Notes: generated from the sequence alone by a model not told the origin. A DNA stretch of 32,215 nucleotides from Candidatus Methylomirabilia bacterium (GCA_041497895.1 JBGQHJ010000040.1:1-32215); one strand, 5' to 3'. Positions 1 to 9,070 are shown, counted from the first letter of the stretch. Made by a program: numbers and translations.

Positions 1-741
1 CGCTTCGAGCCGCTCGCGGATCGCGGTGACGTCGGACTGGCGGAGCACGAGCCCGTGGCGGTGCTTGCGCTCGCCCGGGTTCGCGCGCAGGTGGACGCTG
101 GCGAGGGTGCGCACCGTGCCCCCCAGCGCGACCAGCACCTCCCCGCGATCGCCGAGCGGCAGCGCGGTCTGCAGTCGCGCGCGGATCTCGGCGCGGAGCG
201 CGCGCAGCTCGCGCGGGGTCGGCGGGTCTCGCGGGAGGAAGCGCTCGGTGATGCGCACCGCGCCCAGCGGGAGGCTCGCGGTGGAGACCACCCGCCGACG
301 GCGAACCCGGCTGAGCTGCAGGCTGGCGCCGCCCAGGTCCGCGACCAGGCCCTTCGCGAAGGGCAGGCTGTCGAGCGCCGCCGCCACGCCGAAGCGCGCC
401 TCCTCCTGCGCGGTGAGCACCCGCACCTCGATGCCCTCGTTCCGCCGCAGCGGATCGAGGAGGCGCTCGCGGTTGCGCGCGTCCCGTACCGCCGAGGTGG
501 CGATGGCCACGATGCGCGGGCCCTGGTCCTGCGGCGAGTGGCGCGCGAAGAACCGGTGCACCGCCCGCAGGGTCAGGTCGATGGCCCGCCGGGGCAGGGT
601 TCCGGGCGCGCCACCCCCGAGGCGCGTTGGCACACGCTCCTGGGCCAGGATGCGGAAGCCGGCCCGGGGTCGGATCTGGGCGAGGAGGAAGCGGACGGCG
701 GCGGATCCGAGGTCGACGATGGCGACGAGGTCCGAGCTCAC
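1..741 (-). CDS. ppx: Ppx/GppA family exopolyphosphatase (3' end runs off the window)
   Basis: Manual minus-strand translation from GTG at 741: MSSDLVAIVDLGSAAVRFLL...TRLG...IATSAVRDARN...VLTAQEEARFG...ADLGGASLQL...SLPLGAVR...GGTVR, matching ASKHA Ppx/GppA motifs. Starts 2 nt after the sixA stop. Confidence 0.85.
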   Translation of the reverse strand, partial: MSSDLVAIVDLGSAAVRFLLAQIRPRAGFRILAQERVPTRLGGGAPGTLPRRAIDLTLRAVHRFFARHSPQDQGPRIVAIATSAVRDARNRERLLDPLRRNEGIEVRVLTAQEEARFGVAAALDSLPFAKGLVADLGGASLQLSRVRRRRVVSTASLPLGAVRITERFLPRDPPTPRELRALRAEIRARLQTALPLGDRGEVLVALGGTVRTLASVHLRANPGERKHRHGLVLRQSDVTAIRERLEA

Positions 742-743
742 GG

Positions 744-1241
744 TTAGCGCGAGCCGACCAGCCTCAGGATCCTGGGCTTGACGAACCAGCGGAGCTGCCC
801 CTGCATCGACGGCCCGTCCGGCAGGTGCACGAGGGCCGCGCCCCCCTTCTTGAAGGCGAAGCGATCGTCGCCCTGGTGCATGCCGAGCAGGTGGGCGAGC
901 AGCCCCGACAGGGTGGGCTCGTGGCCGACCAGCGCGACGGTCGCGTCGGGGCGATACCGCTTGAGCGCGGTCACGAGCACGTCGACGTCATCCTGACCGA
1001 GCGCGGGCTCGATCCGGGGCGTGACCCGCTTGAAGGCCGCGGCGGCGATCTCGGCGGTGTCGCGGGCGCGGGTGAGTGGGCTCGTCAGGAGGATGTCGGG
1101 GCGGTCGGCGATGCGGGCCAGCCCTCGGGCCGCCTCTCGGAAGCGGCGGCGGCCCCGGGGCGTCAGGGGCCGGTCGTGGTCGCGGATGCCACCCGTCCCG
1201 GTCCTGACCGCGGGAGCGTGCCGGATGAGCAGCACCTTCAT
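744..1241 (-). CDS. sixA: SixA-type phosphohistidine phosphatase (histidine phosphatase superfamily), 165 aa
   Basis: MKVLLIRHAPA (RH motif), DHDRPLT, LTSPLTRA, LVGHEP, FKKGG. ATG at 1241 lies inside the longer track ORF 744..1712. Confidence 0.88.
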   Translation of the reverse strand: MKVLLIRHAPAVRTGTGGIRDHDRPLTPRGRRRFREAARGLARIADRPDILLTSPLTRARDTAEIAAAAFKRVTPRIEPALGQDDVDVLVTALKRYRPDATVALVGHEPTLSGLLAHLLGMHQGDDRFAFKKGGAALVHLPDGPSMQGQLRWFVKPRILRLVGSR

Positions 1242-1362
1242 GCAGGGCGGCTCGAGGGCATGAGTACCGTCGCGATTGTCGATGGCGTCGTGTAGATATC
1301 CTTGAAATACCACGGCATCCGCGTCTTCTCCAAGAATGTCGTGGGCCCCGGGCCCAGACGAA

Positions 1363-1441
1363 CGGCATAGGCGTGGCCTATGCCGATGCATCGCCGCATC
1401 GGCACAATGGATTGGACCTTTGGAACGGCGCCTGTCACATT
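1363..1441 (+). promoter_or_regulatory. Putative LysR-type operator and promoter for the transglutaminase-like gene
   Basis: Perfect 10-bp inverted repeat CGGCATAGGC-gtg-GCCTATGCCG (1363-1385) containing ATAG-N7-CTAT (T-N11-A). Second IR TGCCGATGC-N6-GCATCGGCA (1381-1404). Then TTGGAC (1412-1417)-N18-CACATT (1436-1441). Confidence 0.45.
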
Positions 1442-1506
1442 GCCAGACGGTCGGGCCGGATACGGCCCGGCGACTCGCAGCGCATCGGACGACCAGGGGG
1501 CATTCC

Positions 1507-2607
1507 ATGGAGCGACGGGGCTTTCTCAAGAGCGGTATCGCGATGGCGGCCGGGGCGACGATCGGCGGATGGTCGCGTCCCGGCGGCGTCGCCCGGGCCG
1601 CGCAGCCGGACGAATCCAAATGGCGCGCCTTCGAGGTCGTGACGCGCGCGGAGGTGGCGAACCCCACCGGGCCCACGCGGGTGTGGCTGCCACTGCCGCT
1701 GCAGGTCGACACCGACTATCAGAAGAGCCTCGGGCAGACCTGGACCGGCAACGCCACCGTCGCGCGCGTCTACCGCGACGAGAAGTACGGCGCGGGGATC
1801 CTCTACGCGGAGTGGCCGGCCGGGGAGAGCGCGCCCGCGGTCGAGGTGACCACGCGCTTCGCCACCCGCGACCGCATGGTGGAGGTCGGCAGACCGGGCG
1901 GCAACCCGGCGCCCGAGGACCGGGCCACCCTCGCCCGCTATCGGGAGTCGTCGCGGCTCGTGCGGACCGACGGCATCGTGAAGAAGACCTCGCAGCAGAT
2001 CACCAAGGGCATCGACGGCGACGTGGAGAAGGCCCGCGCGATCTACGAGTGGATCGTCGACAACACCTTCCGGGATCCCAAGGTGCGGGGCTGCGGGGTC
2101 GGGGACATCCGCGCGATGCTCGAGACCGGCAACCTGGGCGGCAAGTGCGCCGACCTCAACGCGCTCTTCGTGGGGCTGGCCCGCGCGGCGGGGCTGCCCG
2201 CGCGCGACGTCTACGGGGTGCGGGTGGCCGACTCCGCCGAGTTCAAGTGCCTGGGCAAGAGCGGCGATATCACGAAGGCCCAGCACTGTCGGGCCGAGTT
2301 CTACACTCCGAGCCTGGGCTGGGTGCCGGTCGACCCCGCCGACGTGCGCAAGGTGGTCCTCGAGGAGCGGGGCGGCATCCCGCTCGACGATCCGACCACG
2401 AAGAAGGCGCGGGCGAAGCTGTTCGGCCAGTGGGAGATGAACTGGCTCGGCTACAACTACGCCCACGACGTGAAGCTGGTCAACAGCAAGGACGACGCGG
2501 TGGCGTTCCTGATGTACCCGCAGGGCGAGACCGGCGAGGGGCGCAAGGACAGCCTCGATCCGGACGCGTTCAAGTACAAGATCACCTCGCGCGAGCTCGG
2601 CGCCTGA
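1507..2607 (+). CDS. Tat-exported transglutaminase-like (Cys-His-Asp) protein, 366 aa
   Basis: MERRGFLK twin-arginine signal with an ARA-A cleavage region. GKCADLN (Cys), QHCRAEFY (His), WVPVDPAD (Asp) catalytic triad motifs. Confidence 0.85.
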   Translation: MERRGFLKSGIAMAAGATIGGWSRPGGVARAAQPDESKWRAFEVVTRAEVANPTGPTRVWLPLPLQVDTDYQKSLGQTWTGNATVARVYRDEKYGAGILYAEWPAGESAPAVEVTTRFATRDRMVEVGRPGGNPAPEDRATLARYRESSRLVRTDGIVKKTSQQITKGIDGDVEKARAIYEWIVDNTFRDPKVRGCGVGDIRAMLETGNLGGKCADLNALFVGLARAAGLPARDVYGVRVADSAEFKCLGKSGDITKAQHCRAEFYTPSLGWVPVDPADVRKVVLEERGGIPLDDPTTKKARAKLFGQWEMNWLGYNYAHDVKLVNSKDDAVAFLMYPQGETGEGRKDSLDPDAFKYKITSRELGA

Positions 2608-2650
2608 CCCGATCCCGGGCGCGCTGAGCGCCGCTCCGCCGCTTTTCTCC

Positions 2651-2677
2651 GACGCCCCCGTCCCCCGCGGGGGCGTC
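2651..2677. terminator. GC-rich hairpin downstream of the transglutaminase gene (possible terminator)
   Basis: GACGCCCCCG-tcccccg-CGGGGGCGTC perfect 10-bp stem; only a weak U tract follows. Confidence 0.4.
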
Positions 2678-2695
2678 AGCTTGTCTCCGGAATCG

Positions 2696-2749
2696 TTTAC
2701 GCATGATTTACCCCGTCGTCATCGTCCCGTAACTCCTCGCAGGCACCAT
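2696..2749 (+). promoter_or_regulatory. Pho-box-like array upstream of phoB
   Basis: Half-sites TTTAC (2696), TTTAC (2707), GTCAT (2718), GTAAC (2729) at exact 11-bp spacing, then 10 nt to a -10-like CACCAT (2744-2749). Confidence 0.65.
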
Positions 2750-2755
2750 CCGGCC

Positions 2756-3535
2756 ATGACGAGAGTGAACCTGGGGGTCGACTCGATGGCGGGAAGCCGG
2801 CGGGGCGTGACGGACAGGCCGGGTCCGGGGACGAGCCGGGCCACGAAGGTGCTGGTGGTCGAGGACGAGGCCGACGTGGCCGAGATGATCCGCTACAACC
2901 TCGGCAAGGAAGGCTACGACGTCCGGCTCTCGGGCAACGGCACCGACGCCCTGCGACAGGCGAAGGAGGCGCGGCCCGACGTCATCCTGCTCGACATCAT
3001 GGTGCCCCAGCTCAACGGCTGGGAGATCTGCCGGCGACTCAAGCAGGACCGGGAGACCCAGGCCATCCCGGTGATCATGGTGACCGGTCGCGTGGAAGAG
3101 GGCGACAAGGTCCTCGGGTTCGAGATGGGAGCCGACGACTACGTGACCAAGCCCTTCTCGCCCCGCGAGCTCGTGGCGCGGGTCCGGGCCGTCTCGCGCC
3201 GCGGCCGCTCCGGCGACGACACGGCCGGCCAGCCGGTGCGGGCGGGCGACCTCGAGATCGACCGCCAGCGGTTCGAGGTCAAGATGAAGGGCCGCCTCGT
3301 CGAGCTGACCCGGAAGGAGTTCGATCTGCTCTCGGCCCTGGTTCGCTCACCGGGCCGGGTCTTCGGCCGCGAAGAGCTGCTGGACCTGGTGTGGGGCCAG
3401 GACGGCTTCGTGGAGCCCCGGACCGTCGACGTGCACGTCGCCCGGCTCCGCGCCAAGTTCATCGCGGCCCGCGCCCCCGAGCCGGGGATCGAGACGGTTC
3501 GCGGGGTGGGGTATCGGTTCCGTGAGCGGTCGTGA
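2756..3535 (+). CDS. phoB: OmpR/PhoB-family response regulator, PhoB (start uncertain: 2756 or 2786)
   Basis: VLVVEDE, LLDIMVP (phospho-Asp), GADDYVTKPFSPRELVARV, winged helix RTVDVHVARLR...IETVRGVGYRF. Directly upstream of pstSCAB-phoU. Confidence 0.85.
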   Translation: MTRVNLGVDSMAGSRRGVTDRPGPGTSRATKVLVVEDEADVAEMIRYNLGKEGYDVRLSGNGTDALRQAKEARPDVILLDIMVPQLNGWEICRRLKQDRETQAIPVIMVTGRVEEGDKVLGFEMGADDYVTKPFSPRELVARVRAVSRRGRSGDDTAGQPVRAGDLEIDRQRFEVKMKGRLVELTRKEFDLLSALVRSPGRVFGREELLDLVWGQDGFVEPRTVDVHVARLRAKFIAARAPEPGIETVRGVGYRFRERS

Positions 3536-3538
3536 CTG

Positions 3539-3592
3539 TTAACACGGATGTAACACTCGCGTCATCGATTCGTCACCGGCCTGCAGCATACT
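3539..3592 (+). promoter_or_regulatory. Pho-box-like array and -10 upstream of pstS
   Basis: TTAAC (3539), GTAAC (3550), GTCAT (3561), GTCAC (3572) at exact 11-bp spacing, then 10 nt to CATACT (3587-3592). Same geometry as upstream of phoB. Confidence 0.75.
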
Positions 3593-3633
3593 CCCCCCAA
3601 ACCACACGGACAGAAAGACTAGAGGAGAGCGCG

Positions 3634-4689
3634 ATGAAGAAGCAGTGGTCGTTCCTCGCGGTGCTGTTGCTGGCGATCGCCACGCTCGGGCGGCTCGCCC
3701 CGGCCGACGCGCAGATGCTCATGAACGGCGCGGGGGCCACCTTCCCGTACCCGATCTACTCGAAGTGGTTCGAGGAATACATCAAGGTCGACCCGGAAGT
3801 GCGCTTCAACTATCAGTCGATCGGCAGCGGCGGCGGGATCCGGCAGATCACCGAGCGGACGGTGGACTTCGGGGCCTCCGACGGGCCGATGACCGACGAC
3901 CAGCTCAAGAAGGCGCCGGGGGAGCTGTTCCACATCCCCACCGTGATGGGCGCGGTGGTGGCTACCTACAACCTGCCCGGGAATCCCCAGCTGGCGTTCA
4001 CCGGAGAGGTGCTGGCCGATATCTTCCTCGGCAAGATCACCAAGTGGAACGACGCGCGGATCAAGGCGCTGAACCCCTCCGCGAGCCTGCCGGATCAGCC
4101 GATCGTGGTGGTGCACCGGTCGGACGGCAGCGGCACCACCTACATCTGGGTCGACTACCTGTGCAAGATCAGCCCGGAGTGGGAGAAGCAGGTCGGGCGG
4201 GGGACGTCCGTGAAGTGGCCGGTGGGGCTGGGCGGCAAGGGCAACGAGGGGGTGGCGGGCCAGGTGAAGAACGCGCCCGGGTCCCTCGGGTACGTCGAAC
4301 TGGCCTACGCGATCACCAACAAGCTGCCCGCGGCCAAGATCAAGAACCAGGCGGGCAAGCTCATCGAGCCGACCATCGAGACCACGACGGCGGCGGCGGC
4401 CGGGGCGGCCAAGAGCATGCCGGCCGACTTCCGGGTGTCGCTCACGAACGCGCCGGGCGCCGACGCGTACCCGATCTCGAGCTTCACGTGGCTGCTGGTG
4501 TACAAGGACCAGCCCAACGAGTCGAAGGGCAAGGCCCTCGTGAAGTTCCTGTGGTGGGCGATCCACGACGGGCAGAAGCATCCGGCCGCGCTCCTCTACG
4601 CGCCGCTGCCGGCGCCGGTGGTGAAGGAGATCGAGGCCAAGATCAAGCTGATCACCTACTCCGGCAAGCCGCTGCTGGCGGCGCAGTAG
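3634..4689 (+). CDS. pstS: Phosphate ABC transporter substrate-binding protein PstS
   Basis: SD AGAGGAG before the ATG; signal peptide; GAGATFPYPIYSKW, YQSIGSGGG, DFGASD, HRSDGSGTT, GKGNEGV, YPISSFTW. Confidence 0.97.
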   Translation: MKKQWSFLAVLLLAIATLGRLAPADAQMLMNGAGATFPYPIYSKWFEEYIKVDPEVRFNYQSIGSGGGIRQITERTVDFGASDGPMTDDQLKKAPGELFHIPTVMGAVVATYNLPGNPQLAFTGEVLADIFLGKITKWNDARIKALNPSASLPDQPIVVVHRSDGSGTTYIWVDYLCKISPEWEKQVGRGTSVKWPVGLGGKGNEGVAGQVKNAPGSLGYVELAYAITNKLPAAKIKNQAGKLIEPTIETTTAAAAGAAKSMPADFRVSLTNAPGADAYPISSFTWLLVYKDQPNESKGKALVKFLWWAIHDGQKHPAALLYAPLPAPVVKEIEAKIKLITYSGKPLLAAQ

Positions 4690-4700
4690 CCCGGGCCCGG

Positions 4701-5696
4701 ATGGCCGCAGACTCGATCGCGGGGGCAGGGACGGCCGATCGGCTGTCGCTGCCCCCGCGGGCCATCAGCCGGGGGCGCGTCGCCCTCGGTGACCGGATCT
4801 ACCGGGCGTGCGTGCTCGCATCGGTGTGGCTGGTGCTCGTGCTGGCCGCCGGCCTGGTCGCCGCGCTCGCCTGGGAGTCGTGGGGAGCGATCCGGGCCTT
4901 CGGGCTCCGGTTCCTGGTGACCTCGCAGTGGGACCCGGTCGCGGGCGAGTTCGGCGCGCTGCCGTTCATCTACGGCACGCTCCTGTCGTCGCTCCTGGCC
5001 TTGCTGATCGCGGTGCCGCTTTCGCTCGGGGCGGCCATCTTCCTCGCCGAGCTGGCGCCGGCGTGGGTCCGTCCGCCGGTGGCGTTCCTGATCGAGATGC
5101 TCGCGGCGGTGCCGAGCGTGGTGTACGGCCTCTGGGGCATCTTCGTGCTGGTGCCCTGGCTGCGCGACTGGGTGCAGCCGGCGCTCGGACGCACGCTCGG
5201 CTTCCTGCCGCTCTTCCAGGGGCCACCCTACGGCATCGGGATGCTCGCCGCGGGCCTCATCCTGGCCATCATGGTGGTGCCCTACATCACGTCGGTGAGT
5301 CGCGAGGTGCTACTGGCCGTCCCGGGCTCGCAGCGAGAGGCCGCGCTCGGGCTGGGGGCCACCCGGTGGGAGGCGACCCGGATCGCGGTGCTGCGCTACG
5401 GCCGATCCGGCCTGATCGGGGCCATCCTGCTCGGGCTCGGTCGCGCGCTCGGCGAGACCATGGCGGTGACCATGGTCATCGGCAACCGCCCCGAGATCGC
5501 GGCCTCCCTGTTCGCCCCGGGCTACACCATGGCGAGCGTGCTCGCCAACGAGTTCACCGAGGCGACGTCGGATCTCTACGTCTCCGCCCTGGTCGAGATC
5601 GGCCTGCTTCTCCTGGTGATCACGGTCCTCGTCAACGGGTTCGCCCGGCTCCTGGTCTGGAGCGTCGAGGGACCGGCCCGGGGTGGGCGCGAATGA
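4701..5696 (+). CDS. pstC: Phosphate ABC transporter permease PstC
   Basis: WDPVAGEFGALPFIYGT, LAAVPSVVYGLWG, EAA loop (REAALGLGATRWE), RALGETMAV. Confidence 0.96.
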   Translation: MAADSIAGAGTADRLSLPPRAISRGRVALGDRIYRACVLASVWLVLVLAAGLVAALAWESWGAIRAFGLRFLVTSQWDPVAGEFGALPFIYGTLLSSLLALLIAVPLSLGAAIFLAELAPAWVRPPVAFLIEMLAAVPSVVYGLWGIFVLVPWLRDWVQPALGRTLGFLPLFQGPPYGIGMLAAGLILAIMVVPYITSVSREVLLAVPGSQREAALGLGATRWEATRIAVLRYGRSGLIGAILLGLGRALGETMAVTMVIGNRPEIAASLFAPGYTMASVLANEFTEATSDLYVSALVEIGLLLLVITVLVNGFARLLVWSVEGPARGGRE

Positions 5697-6532
5697 CCCC
5701 CGCCGCGCGCCGGCTGGTCAGCACCGGGGTCAGCGGCCTCACGTTCGCGGCGGCCATCGCCGTGGTGTGCCCGCTCCTGCTGATCTTCGGCTTCCTCCTC
5801 TACCAGGGGGCGTCGGCCATCAACGTGGACTTCTTCCTGCACCTCCCGAAGCCGGTGGGAGAGCCGGGCGGCGGGGTGGCCAACGCCATCGTGGGTAGCG
5901 TGATCATGATCGGCCTCGCGGTGGCGGTCGGGCTCCCGGTCGGGATCCTGGGCGGGGTCTACCTGGCCGAGTCCCGCGACCGGCGCCTGCCGTGGATCCT
6001 CCGCTTCGTGGCCGACGTCATGAACGGGGTGCCGTCCATCGTCTTCGGCATCTTCGCCTACACCGTGGTGGTGCTGCCGATGCGGCGCTTCTCGGCGCTC
6101 GCGGGCGGCCTCGCGCTCGGCCTGATCCTGGTCCCGATCGTGCTCCGGACCACCGAGGAGATGGTGCGGCTGGTTCCCAATGCGCTCCGGGAAGCCGGGC
6201 TCGGGCTGGGGCTGCCGGAGTGGAAGGTGAGCCTGCGCATCGTCATCCCCGCGGCGCGCGCCGGGATCATCACCGGGTTCATGGTGGCGCTGGCCCGGAT
6301 CGCGGGGGAGACCGCGCCGTTGCTCTTCACCGCGCTCGGCAACCGGTTCTGGCATCAGGGTCTCGACCAGCCCATCGCGGCGCTGCCGCTGCAGATCTAC
6401 GCGTATGCCATCGCGCCCTACGACGACTGGCACCGGCAGGCGTGGGCCGGGGCGCTCGTGCTGATCACGCTGGTGTTCCTGGCGAGTCTGGCGGCGAGGC
6501 TGGCCACGCGAGGCCGGTCCGTTGCCCGGTGA
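5693..6532 (+). CDS. pstA: Phosphate ABC transporter permease PstA
   Basis: ATGA overlap with the pstC stop; [47 protein letters not shown]. Confidence 0.96.
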   Translation: MTPAARRLVSTGVSGLTFAAAIAVVCPLLLIFGFLLYQGASAINVDFFLHLPKPVGEPGGGVANAIVGSVIMIGLAVAVGLPVGILGGVYLAESRDRRLPWILRFVADVMNGVPSIVFGIFAYTVVVLPMRRFSALAGGLALGLILVPIVLRTTEEMVRLVPNALREAGLGLGLPEWKVSLRIVIPAARAGIITGFMVALARIAGETAPLLFTALGNRFWHQGLDQPIAALPLQIYAYAIAPYDDWHRQAWAGALVLITLVFLASLAARLATRGRSVAR

Positions 6533-6539
6533 GGTGACC

Positions 6540-7298
6540 ATGGGAGACGGCATCTACGTCAAGGGGCTGCGGGCCTGGTTCTGGGACAACCTGATCCTGA
6601 AGGGGGTGGACCTCACGGTGGCCCCGAACGCGGTCACCGCGATCATCGGCCCCTCGGGGTGCGGGAAGTCCACCTTCATCCGCTGCGTCAACCGCATGCA
6701 CGAGACGGTGCCGGGGGCGCGGGTCGCCGGCCAGGTGCTGCTCAACAGTGAGGATCTCTACGCCCCCGGGGTGGATCCAGTGGACGTGAGGCGGCGGATC
6801 GGCATGGTCTTCCAGAAGCCGAACCCGTTCCCGACCATGTCGGTGTTCGACAACGTGGCCGCCGGCCTCCGGCTGGGAGGCGTTCGCCGGAAATCGCGCC
6901 TGCAGGAGGAGGTGGAGCGGGCGCTCCGGCACGCGGCCCTGTGGGACGAGGTGAAGGACGACCTGGACAAGTCGGGGGTGAGCCTCTCCGGGGGCCAGCA
7001 ACAACGGCTCTGCATCGCACGGGCGCTGGCGGTGGATCCGCAGATCCTCCTCATGGACGAGCCGTGCTCGGCGCTGGACCCGATCGCCACCGCCAAGATC
7101 GAGGAGCTGATCCACGACCTGAAGAAGGAGCTGACGATCGCCATCGTCACCCACAACATGCAGCAGGCGGCCCGGGTCTCGGAGTGGACGGGCTTCTTCC
7201 TGATGGGCGAGCTGGTGGAGTTCGGGGTGACCAAGGAGATGTTCACCACCCCCGGCGACAAGCGAACGGAAGACTACATCACCGGTCGGTTCGGCTAG
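6540..7298 (+). CDS. pstB: Phosphate ABC transporter ATP-binding protein PstB
   Basis: [69 protein letters not shown]. Confidence 0.97.
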   Translation: MGDGIYVKGLRAWFWDNLILKGVDLTVAPNAVTAIIGPSGCGKSTFIRCVNRMHETVPGARVAGQVLLNSEDLYAPGVDPVDVRRRIGMVFQKPNPFPTMSVFDNVAAGLRLGGVRRKSRLQEEVERALRHAALWDEVKDDLDKSGVSLSGGQQQRLCIARALAVDPQILLMDEPCSALDPIATAKIEELIHDLKKELTIAIVTHNMQQAARVSEWTGFFLMGELVEFGVTKEMFTTPGDKRTEDYITGRFG

Positions 7299-7311
7299 GA
7301 GCGGGATCGCC

Positions 7312-7968
7312 ATGCCACGGCATTTCCACGAGGAGCTCGAGGCCCTCAAGCAGACCCTGCTCGCCATGGGCGGGCTCGTCGAGGACCAGATCCGGCGGGT
7401 CATGAAGGCGCTCCTGGAGCGGGACGACGTCGTAGCCCAGGAGGTCATCGAGCGGGACCGGCAGGTGAACACCTACGACGTGGAGGTGGACGAGCAGTGT
7501 GTGAGCCTGCTCGCCCTGCACCAGCCGGCCGCGGGTGACCTTCGCTTCATCACCACCGCCATGAAGATCGTCACCGACCTGGAGCGCATCGGCGACCAGG
7601 CCGTCAACATCGCCCAGCGCGTGCTCGAGCTGAACGTGGAGCCCCAGCTCAAGCCCTACATCGATCTCCCCCGCATGGCCGAGAAGGCGCAGCGCATGGT
7701 CAAGGAGAGTCTCGACGCCTTCGTGGCCCGGGACACCGCCCTGGCCCGGCAGGTCTGCGGGGAGGACGCGGAGGTCGACGCGCTCAAGGAGCAGATCTTC
7801 CGCGAGCTCCTGACCTTCATGATGGAGGATCCCCGGACGATCCCCCGCGCCATCCGGCTGATCCTGATCTCCCGCTTCATGGAGCGGGTCGCCGACCACG
7901 CCACCAACATCGCGGAGATGGTGATCTACATGGTCGAGGGCAAGATGGTCCGGCATACGCTGGCCTGA
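7312..7968 (+). CDS. phoU: Phosphate signalling protein PhoU
   Basis: SD AGGAG; QPAAGDLR, TDLERIGD, ERVADHATNIAE repeats. Confidence 0.97.
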   Translation: MPRHFHEELEALKQTLLAMGGLVEDQIRRVMKALLERDDVVAQEVIERDRQVNTYDVEVDEQCVSLLALHQPAAGDLRFITTAMKIVTDLERIGDQAVNIAQRVLELNVEPQLKPYIDLPRMAEKAQRMVKESLDAFVARDTALARQVCGEDAEVDALKEQIFRELLTFMMEDPRTIPRAIRLILISRFMERVADHATNIAEMVIYMVEGKMVRHTLA

Positions 7969-7978
7969 GGAGGCTCGC

Positions 7979-9028
7979 GTGTATACTGCAATCGTGAGCG
8001 CCGATCGTCGTTACCAGCTCCAATCCGAGGAGGCCAATCGCCGTCTGGACGCCCTGCTCGAGCACCTCCGCGTTCCGGAAGCGGCCTGGCCGCTCTACGC
8101 CGAGATGCTGACCACCGCGCTCAAGATGTACGAGGACGGCACCGGGGTGGCCGATCTCAAGATCGCGAACTCCGCGTTCAAGGAGATCCGCTACGGCTTC
8201 AAGGTCTTCGCCCCGTGGCGGAACGTGCCGAAGGTGACCGTGTTCGGCTCGGCCCGGACGCCGCGCGAGCACCCGATCGCCGAGCAGGCCTACGCCTTCG
8301 GCAAGCGCATCACCGGCGCCGGCTGGATGGTCATGACCGGCGCGGGCGGCGGGGTGATGAGCTCGGCCCAGGAAGGGGCGGGGGGCGAGCGCTCGTTCGG
8401 CCTCAACATCCGCCTGCCCTTCGAGCAGGAGGCGAATCCCTGGATCGCGGCCGATCCGAAGCTGATCTCGTTCAAGTACTTCTTCACCCGGAAGCTCTTC
8501 CTGGTGCGGGAGGCGCACGCGATGGCCTTCCTCCCCGGCGGGTTCGGAACCGCCGACGAGGCCTTCGAGGCGCTCACGTTGATCCAGACCGGCAAGTCGC
8601 CGGTGCTACCGCTCGTGATGCTCGACGAGCCGGGCGGCACCTACTGGAAGACCTTCGACACTTTCGTGCGGCGCGAGATGGTGGGACGCGGCATGGTGGG
8701 GCCGACCGATCCCGACCTCTACCGGATCACCGACGACGTGGAGGCGGCCGCGGCGGAGGTCGAGGGCTTCTACCGGAACTACCACTCGCAGCGCTACGTG
8801 CGCGACTCGCTGGTGCTCCGGATGCGCCGCGCGCTCGGCTCCGAGACCCTCGCCGAGGTGAACACCAGCTTCGCGGACATCCTGAGCGGGCCGGCGGTGC
8901 AGGCCCCCGGCCCGGTGGCGGGCGAGGGGGAAGAGCTGCCGGAGCTGCCGAGGCTGGTGCTGCCCTTCAATCGATCCGGCTTCTCGCGGCTGCGGGGCCT
9001 GATCGACGTGGTGAACGCGCCGGCCTGA
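7979..9028 (+). CDS. LOG-family nucleotide phosphoribohydrolase, long form (start 7979 or 7994)
   Basis: VTVFGSART, MTGAGGGVM, GLNIRLPFEQEAN, FKYFFTRKL, PGGFGTADE, QTGK. Confidence 0.88.
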   Translation: MYTAIVSADRRYQLQSEEANRRLDALLEHLRVPEAAWPLYAEMLTTALKMYEDGTGVADLKIANSAFKEIRYGFKVFAPWRNVPKVTVFGSARTPREHPIAEQAYAFGKRITGAGWMVMTGAGGGVMSSAQEGAGGERSFGLNIRLPFEQEANPWIAADPKLISFKYFFTRKLFLVREAHAMAFLPGGFGTADEAFEALTLIQTGKSPVLPLVMLDEPGGTYWKTFDTFVRREMVGRGMVGPTDPDLYRITDDVEAAAAEVEGFYRNYHSQRYVRDSLVLRMRRALGSETLAEVNTSFADILSGPAVQAPGPVAGEGEELPELPRLVLPFNRSGFSRLRGLIDVVNAPA

Positions 9029-9070
9029 CGCGCGCTCCTTCCGATTCCGGCCGATTCCGGCCGACCCGAC

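Noticed and set aside
26..781. Plus-strand ORFs 26..781 and 55..747
   Set aside because: Antisense shadows of the ppx gene.
1242..1440. Possible Pho box for sixA-ppx or the transglutaminase (single CTGTCAC at 1432)
   Set aside because: I found no second half-site at 11-bp spacing on either strand.
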